Source: a virus
Taxonomy: Duplodnaviria > Caudoviricetes
Strand: one strand, 5' to 3'
IMG/VR virus record: IMGVR_UViG_3300050150_000002
Coordinates: 1 to 29,483 of that record
Length of the DNA: 29,483 nt
Both the position numbers and the translations under genes were made by a program. The notes beneath the pieces are model-generated. The model was not told where the DNA came from, searched no databases, and saw only the letters and a list, made by a program, of their open reading frames with translations. Positions within the stretch are counted from its first letter, which is position 1. Every line of letters starts with the position of its first letter. This document shows positions 16,501 through 24,250 of the stretch, one piece after another.

Positions 16501-19302
16501 TTATCCTAAACGTTGAGGATTGTTAAATGACTGTCCAACCCACTCCACTGAACTTACTGTGAATGGGAGCCAGGTCCTAGCCTTGATTGTGATTTTGTAG
16601 TCCCTTGTTTCCCTGCCGATTACAAGCAGGTGTGATCCGTCCACTACAGGGGCTCTAGACACCAGCGAAGACAAACCTCCTACACTGTACCCAGCAAACG
16701 ACGAAACCGTGTCATCTACTCCACTTACAGATAGTACACTATCAAACCCAGAGGAGTTGCTATAGGACACTTTCAAGCTACTAACAGTGAGTCGCCCCGT
16801 CAGTACTGCCTTTTCTTTCCTATCCTTAACAAACGGATTAGTCGGCACGAAGTAGCTGTCTTGTTTTGCTCCAGCCCACATGCCATCTGCTAGTGGAAAT
16901 GATTCTGACACTTCCGCCTTTTGTGATAGGCTGCCCCCGAGAAATCGGTAGTCAGTGCTAGCGTCGAAAGCCACATTCCAAGTCCCAGTAGTGTCTGTGC
17001 GCAAGCTACCAGTGTCAGTTGCAACCTCATCCCATTTTCTGGCTGAGTCTAAGTACGGATAGCTAGCTAGCTCTGCGGTGACTGGGCATACATCTGCTAC
17101 TACCCAAACCTTACCATGTGCCAACCTGAGGCTGAACACTAGCAGGCCACTCGGAATTCCTAGCATCCCAAAAACGACACCTAGTTCTTGGGCGAAGTCC
17201 CACCTGCCCCATGCATCCTGACGCCTGCCTTGGCTGGTGTCTAGGTAAGTGAACGGGTAGATGCTATTGCGAGAATCAGAAGTACGGACGAATAGCATCG
17301 AGGGCTTAGCTATGGTAGCTAGTTCTACAGCGGTTCCTTTGAAGTACGTCGTGAGTTGGCTACTAACTGAGTATGACTCAGGTGATTCAGCTACTGCCCC
17401 AGGCCTAATTTCATGGACACTCGGTGACTGCTCGCCTTGTTTGCTATAGAAGATCAAACCACCAGCGGCAACCGGAGGAACGTCAGCCGCTCCTTCGTGG
17501 CTCGACATTACTGGGAGGTTAGCGTTAGATGGGCTGAGGGCCGACCTTCCGCTAGCTGCGTATTGCCTCTTGAGTCCAAACAGCACAATGTCCCGGTCAT
17601 ACAGAACACTATGTCGTAGCTCGTCGTCCTCGCTACCTTGTGACAACATCTCAAAGGCGTCGTTAGCAGGGGCGGTGAGCACGCTAGTACGAAAGAAGTT
17701 AAGATAGTCTCCAATCCGGCTAGCTCTGACTACACTACCAGAACCTATCAGCAACCTGTCTTGAAACACTCCGATGTACGTTATCTTTCTTCCGACAAAG
17801 AACGGAATAGGGCTAGTAGTGGAGTCACCTACGGAACTAGGACTATACGTTGGGTGTGAGCCAGCCGTCAAGGAATTAAGGATGCTCGCTGAACTGGCCA
17901 TATAGAATGTTCCAGCTACCGCCACGCACAGTATGAATACCTTGGATAAGGAATACGTAACCCCTGCCCCTTCGTTCCATGTAACTTCAGTGTACCCAGA
18001 AATTACATTTGGGTCTTTTGGGGACGCCTTCAAGTAGAAAGCCTCTTCGCTACCCCTTGCCCTGACTTTAACTACCTTACCTACCAGGTGCAGATTGCTA
18101 ACCTGATCTGCTGAGGCTACCTCATTTGCAACTCCACGGATAAGGGAACCATCCCCACCATCCTGGGCTGTCACTGACTTGACACCTTCAATTATGATTG
18201 TGCTGTCCTGACGTGTAGCAAGAGTGAGACCGGCCGCTACCGCTGCTAACTTCAATTGCTCAGCGATAGCTTGAGGCTGGATAGCTTCAGCCGCGTCGCC
18301 AATATGCTTAGTCACCGCACTGGTGTAAGCGTTAGTCAGTTCCCCAACAATCTGGGCGTAGTTAGGGTTTACCACTGTCTTAACCACAGTGTAGCTAACA
18401 GTCAAGTCAGTAGCACCGCTGTTGCTTGAGTGGAACGTAACTGTCTTGGACGCTGCAGCCCACGCGTACTGCGTGCTATTGGCTGGGGCACCCGGAGTTA
18501 CGTTGGTCATAATCGTCGTACCCTTCTTAACAGTCAGAAGAGTCGGCGTCCAGTTTCCCCAAGTTAGGTCGTGGTAGTACGGTCCGGCAGGGGCAGTAAA
18601 TTTTACGTAAGCCCCCTCGGTCTTAACCTCGGTACCGCCAGCTGGGTCTGCAACAACTTGCGGCACCCCTGTAGTGTCTAGCACCCCGCTGTAAGAGGAC
18701 TTAGGAGTAGTGTAGGAAAAGTTGACTACTGTGTTGTCAAGTTTAACTGCACTAACTTTGAACGTGCGGCTGTACCCACCACCCCTGATCCAAACCACTG
18801 TCTTATCTTGGTTCCCAGCTGCTCCCCACAAGTCCGTGGTTACAGCCTCTGGAACAATTCCATGCCCTGCAGCAAACACGTATTTGCCAACAGCAGCGAT
18901 AGCGCTGCATCCTGCGGAATCGAACGTATCCATAACTGCGTCTACTGAGTGACGAACTACAGGGATGAAGATGTTACTTGTCCTGTCGTACACAACCATG
19001 CTCGGCATTGTGCTGCCCAGGGGCCTTGCTCCTGTCCTGAACATGACCACAAAATCTTTCCCGCCGTTACTATACTCGAACCTACGCCAGTAGGCAGTAT
19101 CTTGAACGAGTATATCATAGATGCCAGCTGCCAGACCAGTGTCCCGTTCGGCTACCCATTTACTTCCGTGCCTACGAGACAACCCATTTACAGGGTCCGG
19201 GATCATGTTAACCATTTCCCCGACCTGGCCGTCTCGCCTGTCCTGCGGGGCTTGTTGAGACACCCCTTGAACAAGATTGCCGTATGATCCCGATGCTTTC
19301 AT
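16501..19302 (-). CDS. Tail tubular protein B (nozzle, T7 gp12-like)
   Basis: 'NLVQGVSQQ...R...Q..EMVNMIPDPVNGLSRRHG', 'PFFVGRKITYIGVFQDRL', 'QDAWGRWDF' and C-terminal 'SVEWVG'. Confidence 0.95.
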   Translation of the reverse strand: MKASGSYGNLVQGVSQQAPQDRRDGQVGEMVNMIPDPVNGLSRRHGSKWVAERDTGLAAGIYDILVQDTAYWRRFEYSNGGKDFVVMFRTGARPLGSTMPSMVVYDRTSNIFIPVVRHSVDAVMDTFDSAGCSAIAAVGKYVFAAGHGIVPEAVTTDLWGAAGNQDKTVVWIRGGGYSRTFKVSAVKLDNTVVNFSYTTPKSSYSGVLDTTGVPQVVADPAGGTEVKTEGAYVKFTAPAGPYYHDLTWGNWTPTLLTVKKGTTIMTNVTPGAPANSTQYAWAAASKTVTFHSSNSGATDLTVSYTVVKTVVNPNYAQIVGELTNAYTSAVTKHIGDAAEAIQPQAIAEQLKLAAVAAGLTLATRQDSTIIIEGVKSVTAQDGGDGSLIRGVANEVASADQVSNLHLVGKVVKVRARGSEEAFYLKASPKDPNVISGYTEVTWNEGAGVTYSLSKVFILCVAVAGTFYMASSASILNSLTAGSHPTYSPSSVGDSTTSPIPFFVGRKITYIGVFQDRLLIGSGSVVRASRIGDYLNFFRTSVLTAPANDAFEMLSQGSEDDELRHSVLYDRDIVLFGLKRQYAASGRSALSPSNANLPVMSSHEGAADVPPVAAGGLIFYSKQGEQSPSVHEIRPGAVAESPESYSVSSQLTTYFKGTAVELATIAKPSMLFVRTSDSRNSIYPFTYLDTSQGRRQDAWGRWDFAQELGVVFGMLGIPSGLLVFSLRLAHGKVWVVADVCPVTAELASYPYLDSARKWDEVATDTGSLRTDTTGTWNVAFDASTDYRFLGGSLSQKAEVSESFPLADGMWAGAKQDSYFVPTNPFVKDRKEKAVLTGRLTVSSLKVSYSNSSGFDSVLSVSGVDDTVSSFAGYSVGGLSSLVSRAPVVDGSHLLVIGRETRDYKITIKARTWLPFTVSSVEWVGQSFNNPQRLG

Positions 19303-19874
19303 TACAGCTTCCTAGCGTAGTTAATTCTGCTTTTAAGTCTCTGCAGACGGGCGTTACCCGTTATCGAGTTGTACCTTATTTGCCGAGTGGCTTCAGCGTG
19401 AAGTTGCTTCTCTGCCTCTTTAGCGACTTCGTACAGGGTTCTCATCTTATTAGAGTCCCCATCGAAGTCGGTCTGAAATTGAAGAACCGCGCTTGCTGCA
19501 ATAAAGTCTGCAGCTACTTCGGGTATCTCTTCAAACGCTAATTTCCTGAGCACAAAAGTAGTCACTTCGGAAGTAAAGACATTTGTACCATTCAATGCGT
19601 CGTACAGTGTCTGGCCACGTTGGACAATCTGCGGGTTATCTTTTACGATAACGCTGATAATGTCCCCTGGTAGATATAGCTTTCCATCTAACAAGCTAGG
19701 CTGGATAACAAGTTGTTCCCTGTTAAACCACCAGCCTTGAGCCTGGACAACACTACTGCGTGTATCCAACCTGCTAGTACACGCGCCGCGAAAAGTATGG
19801 GGTTCAGTCAGCGCGTTTAGCGGTGCCTCACCCAGCGTGGCTAGCATACGGTTAACCACCGTCAAAGTTTGCAT
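19302..19874 (-). CDS. Tail tubular protein A (gatekeeper, T7 gp11-like)
   Basis: 'LTVVNRMLATLGEAPLNAL', 'QGWWFNRE' and 'FEEIPEVA'; TAAGGAG SD; follows the capsid terminator. Confidence 0.95.
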   Translation of the reverse strand: MQTLTVVNRMLATLGEAPLNALTEPHTFRGACTSRLDTRSSVVQAQGWWFNREQLVIQPSLLDGKLYLPGDIISVIVKDNPQIVQRGQTLYDALNGTNVFTSEVTTFVLRKLAFEEIPEVAADFIAASAVLQFQTDFDGDSNKMRTLYEVAKEAEKQLHAEATRQIRYNSITGNARLQRLKSRINYARKL

Positions 19875-19885
19875 GACTGCTCCTT

Positions 19886-19917
19886 AAAGAAAAAAACCCC
19901 TCCGCAGTGGGAGGGGC
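19886..19917 (-). terminator. Rho-independent terminator downstream of major capsid gene (T-phi equivalent)
   Basis: Minus strand GCCCCTCC-CACTGC-GGAGGGG followed by TTTTTTTCTTT. Confidence 0.92.
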
Positions 19918-19953
19918 TGACAAGCGCTTACGCCACGGGCAGGCTTGTTGGTA

Positions 19954-20903
19954 TTACGGCTTCAGGATGACTGCCGCGAACTCGGGCCGGTTGGGACCAA
20001 CGGCGTAGCTCATCCAAGCATCGACCATCCAGTGCTTGTACTCGTCATTCCAGAAGATGCCAGTAGTCAGCGGGATGGTTTCACCAGCCAGCAGAGCACG
20101 GGGAGCGAAAGCACAAGCAACCACCTTGCTGTAGTCACCGTTGTACAGGTTACCGTTGGCAACCACGTCCATCATGTGGCCTGCAATGACCTCACCGCCA
20201 GGGAAGTTGTTGCTCATGACAACGGGCAGGCCGTAAGTCTTGAGAACCATGCCGTCGATATTGGTGCCATCAGACGTAACGTAGTTACGGTTGATCAACA
20301 TCTCGTTCATTGCCAGGGTCGCAAACTCAGCGGGCTTAACGGCCAGCATCACGTCGTCGCTGGAAACGTCAACGTCCTTGTTTTGCATCTTGACAACCAT
20401 GTCCACGATCTGAGCGTAGACTGCGCGCCACCGAAATGACCGGCACCAGAAACACCAGAGTGCTTGGGAGCAGTCAGCAAGCCAGTACGGATTGCTTGGA
20501 TGAAGATCGTCTGATCGCGGAACTTGGCGATCTTGCGGCCATGTTCATCCCCGACTTCCTTGCGAGAGTCATACGAAGTCTGGAAGGTTTCCAGCAACGG
20601 GAACACCGAACGCGCAAGCACCACGGTATCGATGATCAGCGTGTTCTTACCGAACTTGTTGATCGTACCGTCAGGCTTGGCACCTGGCACTAGCTTCTGC
20701 AAAGTCGATTCACCGACTGCGAAGTTCTGCAACACGGACGTACCGCGAACAGTCTTCATGGGAAGCCAACCAGTTAGTGCGCTCTTGCGGGCAATGGTGG
20801 TTTCCACAACACCGGTATACTCCTCGATGTGTTGTGCATCGATGGCGCCAGCAGCGCCGATCTGACCCGGGCGGGTGATGTTAAAGGTATCGTCTAGTGC
20901 CAT
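19954..20903 (-). pseudogene. Major capsid protein gene, frameshifted in this sequence (two ORFs: 20349-20903 and 19954-20406)
   Basis: The N-terminal part ('HIEEYTGVVE', 'IIDTVVLAR', 'HGRKIAKFRDQ') and C-terminal part ('VKPAEFATL', 'YGLPVVMSNNFP', 'YAVGPNRPEFAAVI') are T7 gp10-like. The span from ATG to stop is 950 nt, not a multiple of 3, and the frame switches near 20411-20420. Confidence 0.9.
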
Positions 20904-20982
20904 GCACTGCTCCTATAAATTGATGATGGCAGGGAACCTTGAGTAATCCCCGCCATCAGCAGGTGTAGGAAACTCAAGGGCT

Positions 20983-21004
20983 CTGTTATACCGGTACTAG
21001 ATCA
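20983..21004 (-). promoter_or_regulatory. Putative phage RNA polymerase promoter (copy 2, upstream of major capsid)
   Basis: TGATCTAGTACCGGTATAACAG, matching 21 of 22 nt with the other two copies; position equivalent to T7 phi10. Confidence 0.85.
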
Positions 21005-21754
21005 ACGTTGCCAAGCCTGGCGCCGGGCCTGGAGTTGCTTGTACTCGGGGCTACCGTCCAGCTTGCCTCCAAGCTTGCGACTCAGATCGGCGACTTCCTT
21101 GGTGTAGGCGCGAGGACTCAGCGCGTTAGAGGCAGGCCCGCCGTTGCCACTGTTATCGTCGAACGCCGGCTTGCCCTTGATGACAGTACCAGCAGCCTTC
21201 TGATACAGCGTGTCCAAGTAGTAGGCCATCGCCTTAGCTGCGATGCCACCGCCTTGCAGGGTCTTGTTGACCAATTCCTGCTCGGCCGGTTCGGCGTTGA
21301 TGCCAGCCCACTTCTGGACTTCCTTCCAACGCGCTTCACCGCCAACGACACTGTGGATACCAGCAGCATTAGCCTCGGCAGCAGCCTTAGCCTTCTCGGT
21401 GGTACTAGCGTAGGACGCTTTGCCCAAGGCCAGGAACTTTTCGAAGCCCTTCGCCTTGTCGCCCATGGCCGCCATCTTGGCCTCAAGCAACGCGAAGTTG
21501 CCGTCAGCCGCTGCCGTCATGGCTGGGTCATCCGGGTTGATGCCGAATTTACCAACGAACTCCAACGCAAGGTCTAGGCCCGGATCGCCAGTGGGTTCAT
21601 ACAGTACAGCCGCAGGCGCAGCAGGTACAGTAACGATGGGGTCAGGCTGCTTCTCGGTGATCGGCAGTGCCGGTGTAGTAATGACTTCCTGTGTAACCCC
21701 AGGGGCGGCGGGTGCCGTAGTGCCAGGTGCGGGAGCGGTGTTTTCTGTGGTCAT
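21002..21754 (-). CDS. Capsid scaffolding protein
   Basis: Between portal and capsid. Pro/Ala-rich N-terminus, 'YEPTGDPGLDLAL', 'VVGGEARWKEVQKWA', and C-terminal 'SPEYKQLQARR'. Confidence 0.92.
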   Translation of the reverse strand: MTTENTAPAPGTTAPAAPGVTQEVITTPALPITEKQPDPIVTVPAAPAAVLYEPTGDPGLDLALEFVGKFGINPDDPAMTAAADGNFALLEAKMAAMGDKAKGFEKFLALGKASYASTTEKAKAAAEANAAGIHSVVGGEARWKEVQKWAGINAEPAEQELVNKTLQGGGIAAKAMAYYLDTLYQKAAGTVIKGKPAFDDNSGNGGPASNALSPRAYTKEVADLSRKLGGKLDGSPEYKQLQARRQAWQR

Positions 21755-21756
21755 GC

Positions 21757-23280
21757 TTATCCTTGTTGGCTAGCGGCTGCTTCACCGGCAGCCGTGTTGC
21801 TTGCTTCTTGAACTCGGGCGTCTTGTTGCTGCTTGATAAACGCGGCGTACTCATCTTCTGACTTGAGGTAAGGCGTAAGGTCTACCCCGCGGCCGTCGCC
21901 AACGAACTTGGCAAGCTTACCGAACTTGAGCCTTCCCTGTAGTTCTGGCGGAAGTTGGGTTAGCAAGGCTAGATCGGTAAATGCTAGTTTCAGCGCTTCC
22001 AAGTCCCCGTTGCGGGATAGCGCGTCTAGGCCAGTGATAACCTGAACGTCGATACCCTTACCACGAATATCATTACCATCCTCTGCCAGTAGCCACTCAG
22101 CGATAGGCTTTTGAATCTGCCCGGACAACGCAGAGTAGACACCACCATAGGCAGTGTCCAACTCGTTAGCAGTCAAGCGCATTTCCTCAGCCGTGACACG
22201 CTCAGCGTCCCTGGTTACCGCGCTAAGCAATAGGAACCCACGGGCAACCCGCTTCTCCCATGTGTTCATCACTTCTAGAGCTTGTCTTACAGCCTCAGCG
22301 TTTCCGCCAGAAGTAGTGTCAACATCCTCCTTAGTGCCTGGGATAGCGTCCCCGGTGACGCTGTTGTTAATATCGTCAACCTTAGTGAATCCACTCGGGT
22401 TAACCAGCCATCGCCAATCGCACCCCGCAACAGCCCCATCCACAACAGTTTCTGACAAGATACTCAGAGCTTCCAAGTCTCCGCTGTACTCCTCTACCAG
22501 GCCGGTAGCGTAGTCGGATTCATCAGCCAAGTCCCAAGTCAGGACACGATAGGGTAGCTTGTCTTCAGGGTACTTGCTACCAAACTTGCGCTGGTCGAGT
22601 TTGTTCTCATCAACCCATTGCTCGATGATGTAAGTTCCGTTACGCTGCCGTATGATCCTCTTGTAGTAAGAGACTGTTTGCGCCGATCCCATACGGGAGT
22701 ACTTGTTGGGTAGCGCATCTTGCACTTCCTGGTCAAGCTCATCGAAAGCTAACTGCTCATGGATGATCAGCGTGTGGACTTTGCCCTTGATTGTACGCTT
22801 GACGCGCCAATACTTAAGACTCATAATCCGCAGCTCTTTGTCTTCCAGGCACATCAACACGTTGCCTGTAACTACCAGATGGCGAATCGCTGTATACAAC
22901 TTGGGGCGTTGCATGCGAGCGTCCAGCAACTTAACACTGTCGCGTTCCATCTTAGCCAGAATCGGGCCGATATCCTCGGGGTCGATGCCTTGCTTGATAG
23001 CCGCAGCCTTGGACACGGCATTAAGCTGCAACCGGTAGAACGGTGCGCTGGGGCGGAACATCGCCAACATCATCTTGTTGGTAACGTGGTTTACAGACTG
23101 CGCTCCAATACTCTGGTAGTCGTGGGTCTGGTCCGAACCCACAGGCTCGAACCCGTTCTGCAACATTAACTTAGGGATTGTGAATGAAGCGTACCGCTCG
23201 CATCGTTGGATGAGCGAAGTGCTTAGCCCTTCCAGTCTAGCCCAGGTCGCACTAGCGCTTTCTCGATTGACGTTCGCCAT
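21757..23280 (-). CDS. Portal protein (head-tail connector, T7 gp8-like)
   Basis: 507 aa; 'YQSIGAQSVNHVTNK', 'LVVTGNVL', 'RDAERVTAEE', 'GGVYSALS' and 'ITGLDALSR'. Confidence 0.97.
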   Translation of the reverse strand: MANVNRESASATWARLEGLSTSLIQRCERYASFTIPKLMLQNGFEPVGSDQTHDYQSIGAQSVNHVTNKMMLAMFRPSAPFYRLQLNAVSKAAAIKQGIDPEDIGPILAKMERDSVKLLDARMQRPKLYTAIRHLVVTGNVLMCLEDKELRIMSLKYWRVKRTIKGKVHTLIIHEQLAFDELDQEVQDALPNKYSRMGSAQTVSYYKRIIRQRNGTYIIEQWVDENKLDQRKFGSKYPEDKLPYRVLTWDLADESDYATGLVEEYSGDLEALSILSETVVDGAVAGCDWRWLVNPSGFTKVDDINNSVTGDAIPGTKEDVDTTSGGNAEAVRQALEVMNTWEKRVARGFLLLSAVTRDAERVTAEEMRLTANELDTAYGGVYSALSGQIQKPIAEWLLAEDGNDIRGKGIDVQVITGLDALSRNGDLEALKLAFTDLALLTQLPPELQGRLKFGKLAKFVGDGRGVDLTPYLKSEDEYAAFIKQQQDARVQEASNTAAGEAAASQQG

Positions 23281-23597
23281 TACACCCTAACGCCTGTGGT
23301 GTAATCCTTACCGAACTTGGCCCGACGCTGGCGTACTGCGCTAGTAGAGGTGGCGTCAGATTCGACACTCACATCAACCTTCCCCAAGGGCACGCTGGCT
23401 GCATCTACAGCTTTCTGTTCAGCAACAGACCGCGCCGCAAGCTGGGCTTGCTGCATGGCAGCAGACTTTGCAGCCTGCATTGCGTTGGTCTCTGCCGCGT
23501 CGGCAGACTGCTTGATAGCTTTCTCCTGGGCGGTAGCGTTGTCCTGCGCAGCGTCAATCTGGGCTTGCACTCCCGTTATCTTTCTCACAAATCCCAT
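23280..23597 (-). CDS. Small virion protein (gp7.3-like position)
   Basis: 105 aa, Ala/Gln-rich, starts 'MGFVRKITG' and ends 'TGVRV'; GAGG SD; TAATG-coupled to the portal gene. Confidence 0.75.
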   Translation of the reverse strand: MGFVRKITGVQAQIDAAQDNATAQEKAIKQSADAAETNAMQAAKSAAMQQAQLAARSVAEQKAVDAASVPLGKVDVSVESDATSTSAVRQRRAKFGKDYTTGVRV

Positions 23598-24015
23598 AAT
23601 GTACCTCTTTGAAAAGTTGAGTTCCTAGGAACGAATATCCAGCAGCGAGGTAGTACGGCGTCATGATCCCAGCCTGAGTATCACCCGCCGCTATTCCTCG
23701 CGCCCCGATGTGTTTCGCAATGGTGTCCAGTGCAGCAACCACGTCAGTAACCGGATTGTTGTATTCGCGTTGAAAGCGGATAATCAACTCCTCGATAAGG
23801 TGAACCTTGCTACTATACCAGACAGTACCGAAGTCGTAGAGTAGTAGGTAGTCCCCAATTTCTAAGGCTTGCCCATCCTGTATGAACTTGGTAAGTCCAG
23901 CATACGCAACGTCTGGTTCGGCTAGAACCATCTTTGGTGAAGCGCTCTTAGCTTTGAGGCGTAAGAACGCATCGAAGTAAAGATTACGCCTATCCAGCCT
24001 GGCTTCCAGCATCAT
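23554..24015 (-). CDS. Conserved late protein, possible GNAT-fold acetyltransferase-like
   Basis: 153 aa; 'WYS...LIEELIIR' and 'YYLAAGY' resemble GNAT-like proteins found at this position in phiKMV-like phages. Confidence 0.6.
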   Translation of the reverse strand: MMLEARLDRRNLYFDAFLRLKAKSASPKMVLAEPDVAYAGLTKFIQDGQALEIGDYLLLYDFGTVWYSSKVHLIEELIIRFQREYNNPVTDVVAALDTIAKHIGARGIAAGDTQAGIMTPYYLAAGYSFLGTQLFKEVHYGICEKDNGSASPD

Positions 24016-24194
24016 GGTGTGACCACGAACCCTTCACGCAGTACTTTGAGCACATACTGTACTCCAAGTGCAAACGCTACTTGGTGTTCAGTAGTAGTTG
24101 CTGTAATTACTGGGGCAGGTAGTGCCTTCTCCAGTTGCTTGTATACGTCATACTGTAGACGTACTAGAGTAATGTCATTATTCAGTTCAGCCAT
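24012..24194 (-). CDS. Small hypothetical protein, first late gene
   Basis: 60 aa from ATG at 24194 with an AGGAG SD; ATGA overlap with the next gene. Confidence 0.75.
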   Translation of the reverse strand: MAELNNDITLVRLQYDVYKQLEKALPAPVITATTTEHQVAFALGVQYVLKVLREGFVVTP

Positions 24195-24204
24195 AGCCAA
24201 TCTC

Positions 24205-24230
24205 CTGTTATACCGGTACTGGATCAGTTA
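24205..24230 (-). promoter_or_regulatory. Putative phage RNA polymerase promoter (copy 1, start of late region)
   Basis: TAACTGATCCAGTACCGGTATAACAG in the intergenic gap directly downstream of the RNA polymerase gene. Confidence 0.88.
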
Positions 24231-24250
24231 TGATCACAGTCCGGCACGGG

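Noticed and set aside
20349-20440. T7 10A/10B-style programmed frameshift
   Set aside because: That shift occurs at the end of a complete capsid protein to add an extension. Here the break is mid-fold and no slippery site is visible.
20811-20819. Partial promoter-like match ACCGGTATA on the plus strand within the capsid gene
   Set aside because: Only 9 nt match, opposite orientation, and flanks do not fit the consensus.
8516-24230. Repeated 22-26 nt motif as CRISPR repeat or att site
   Set aside because: Copies are kilobases apart, sit directly upstream of gene blocks, and no cas or integrase gene is present; a promoter explains them better.
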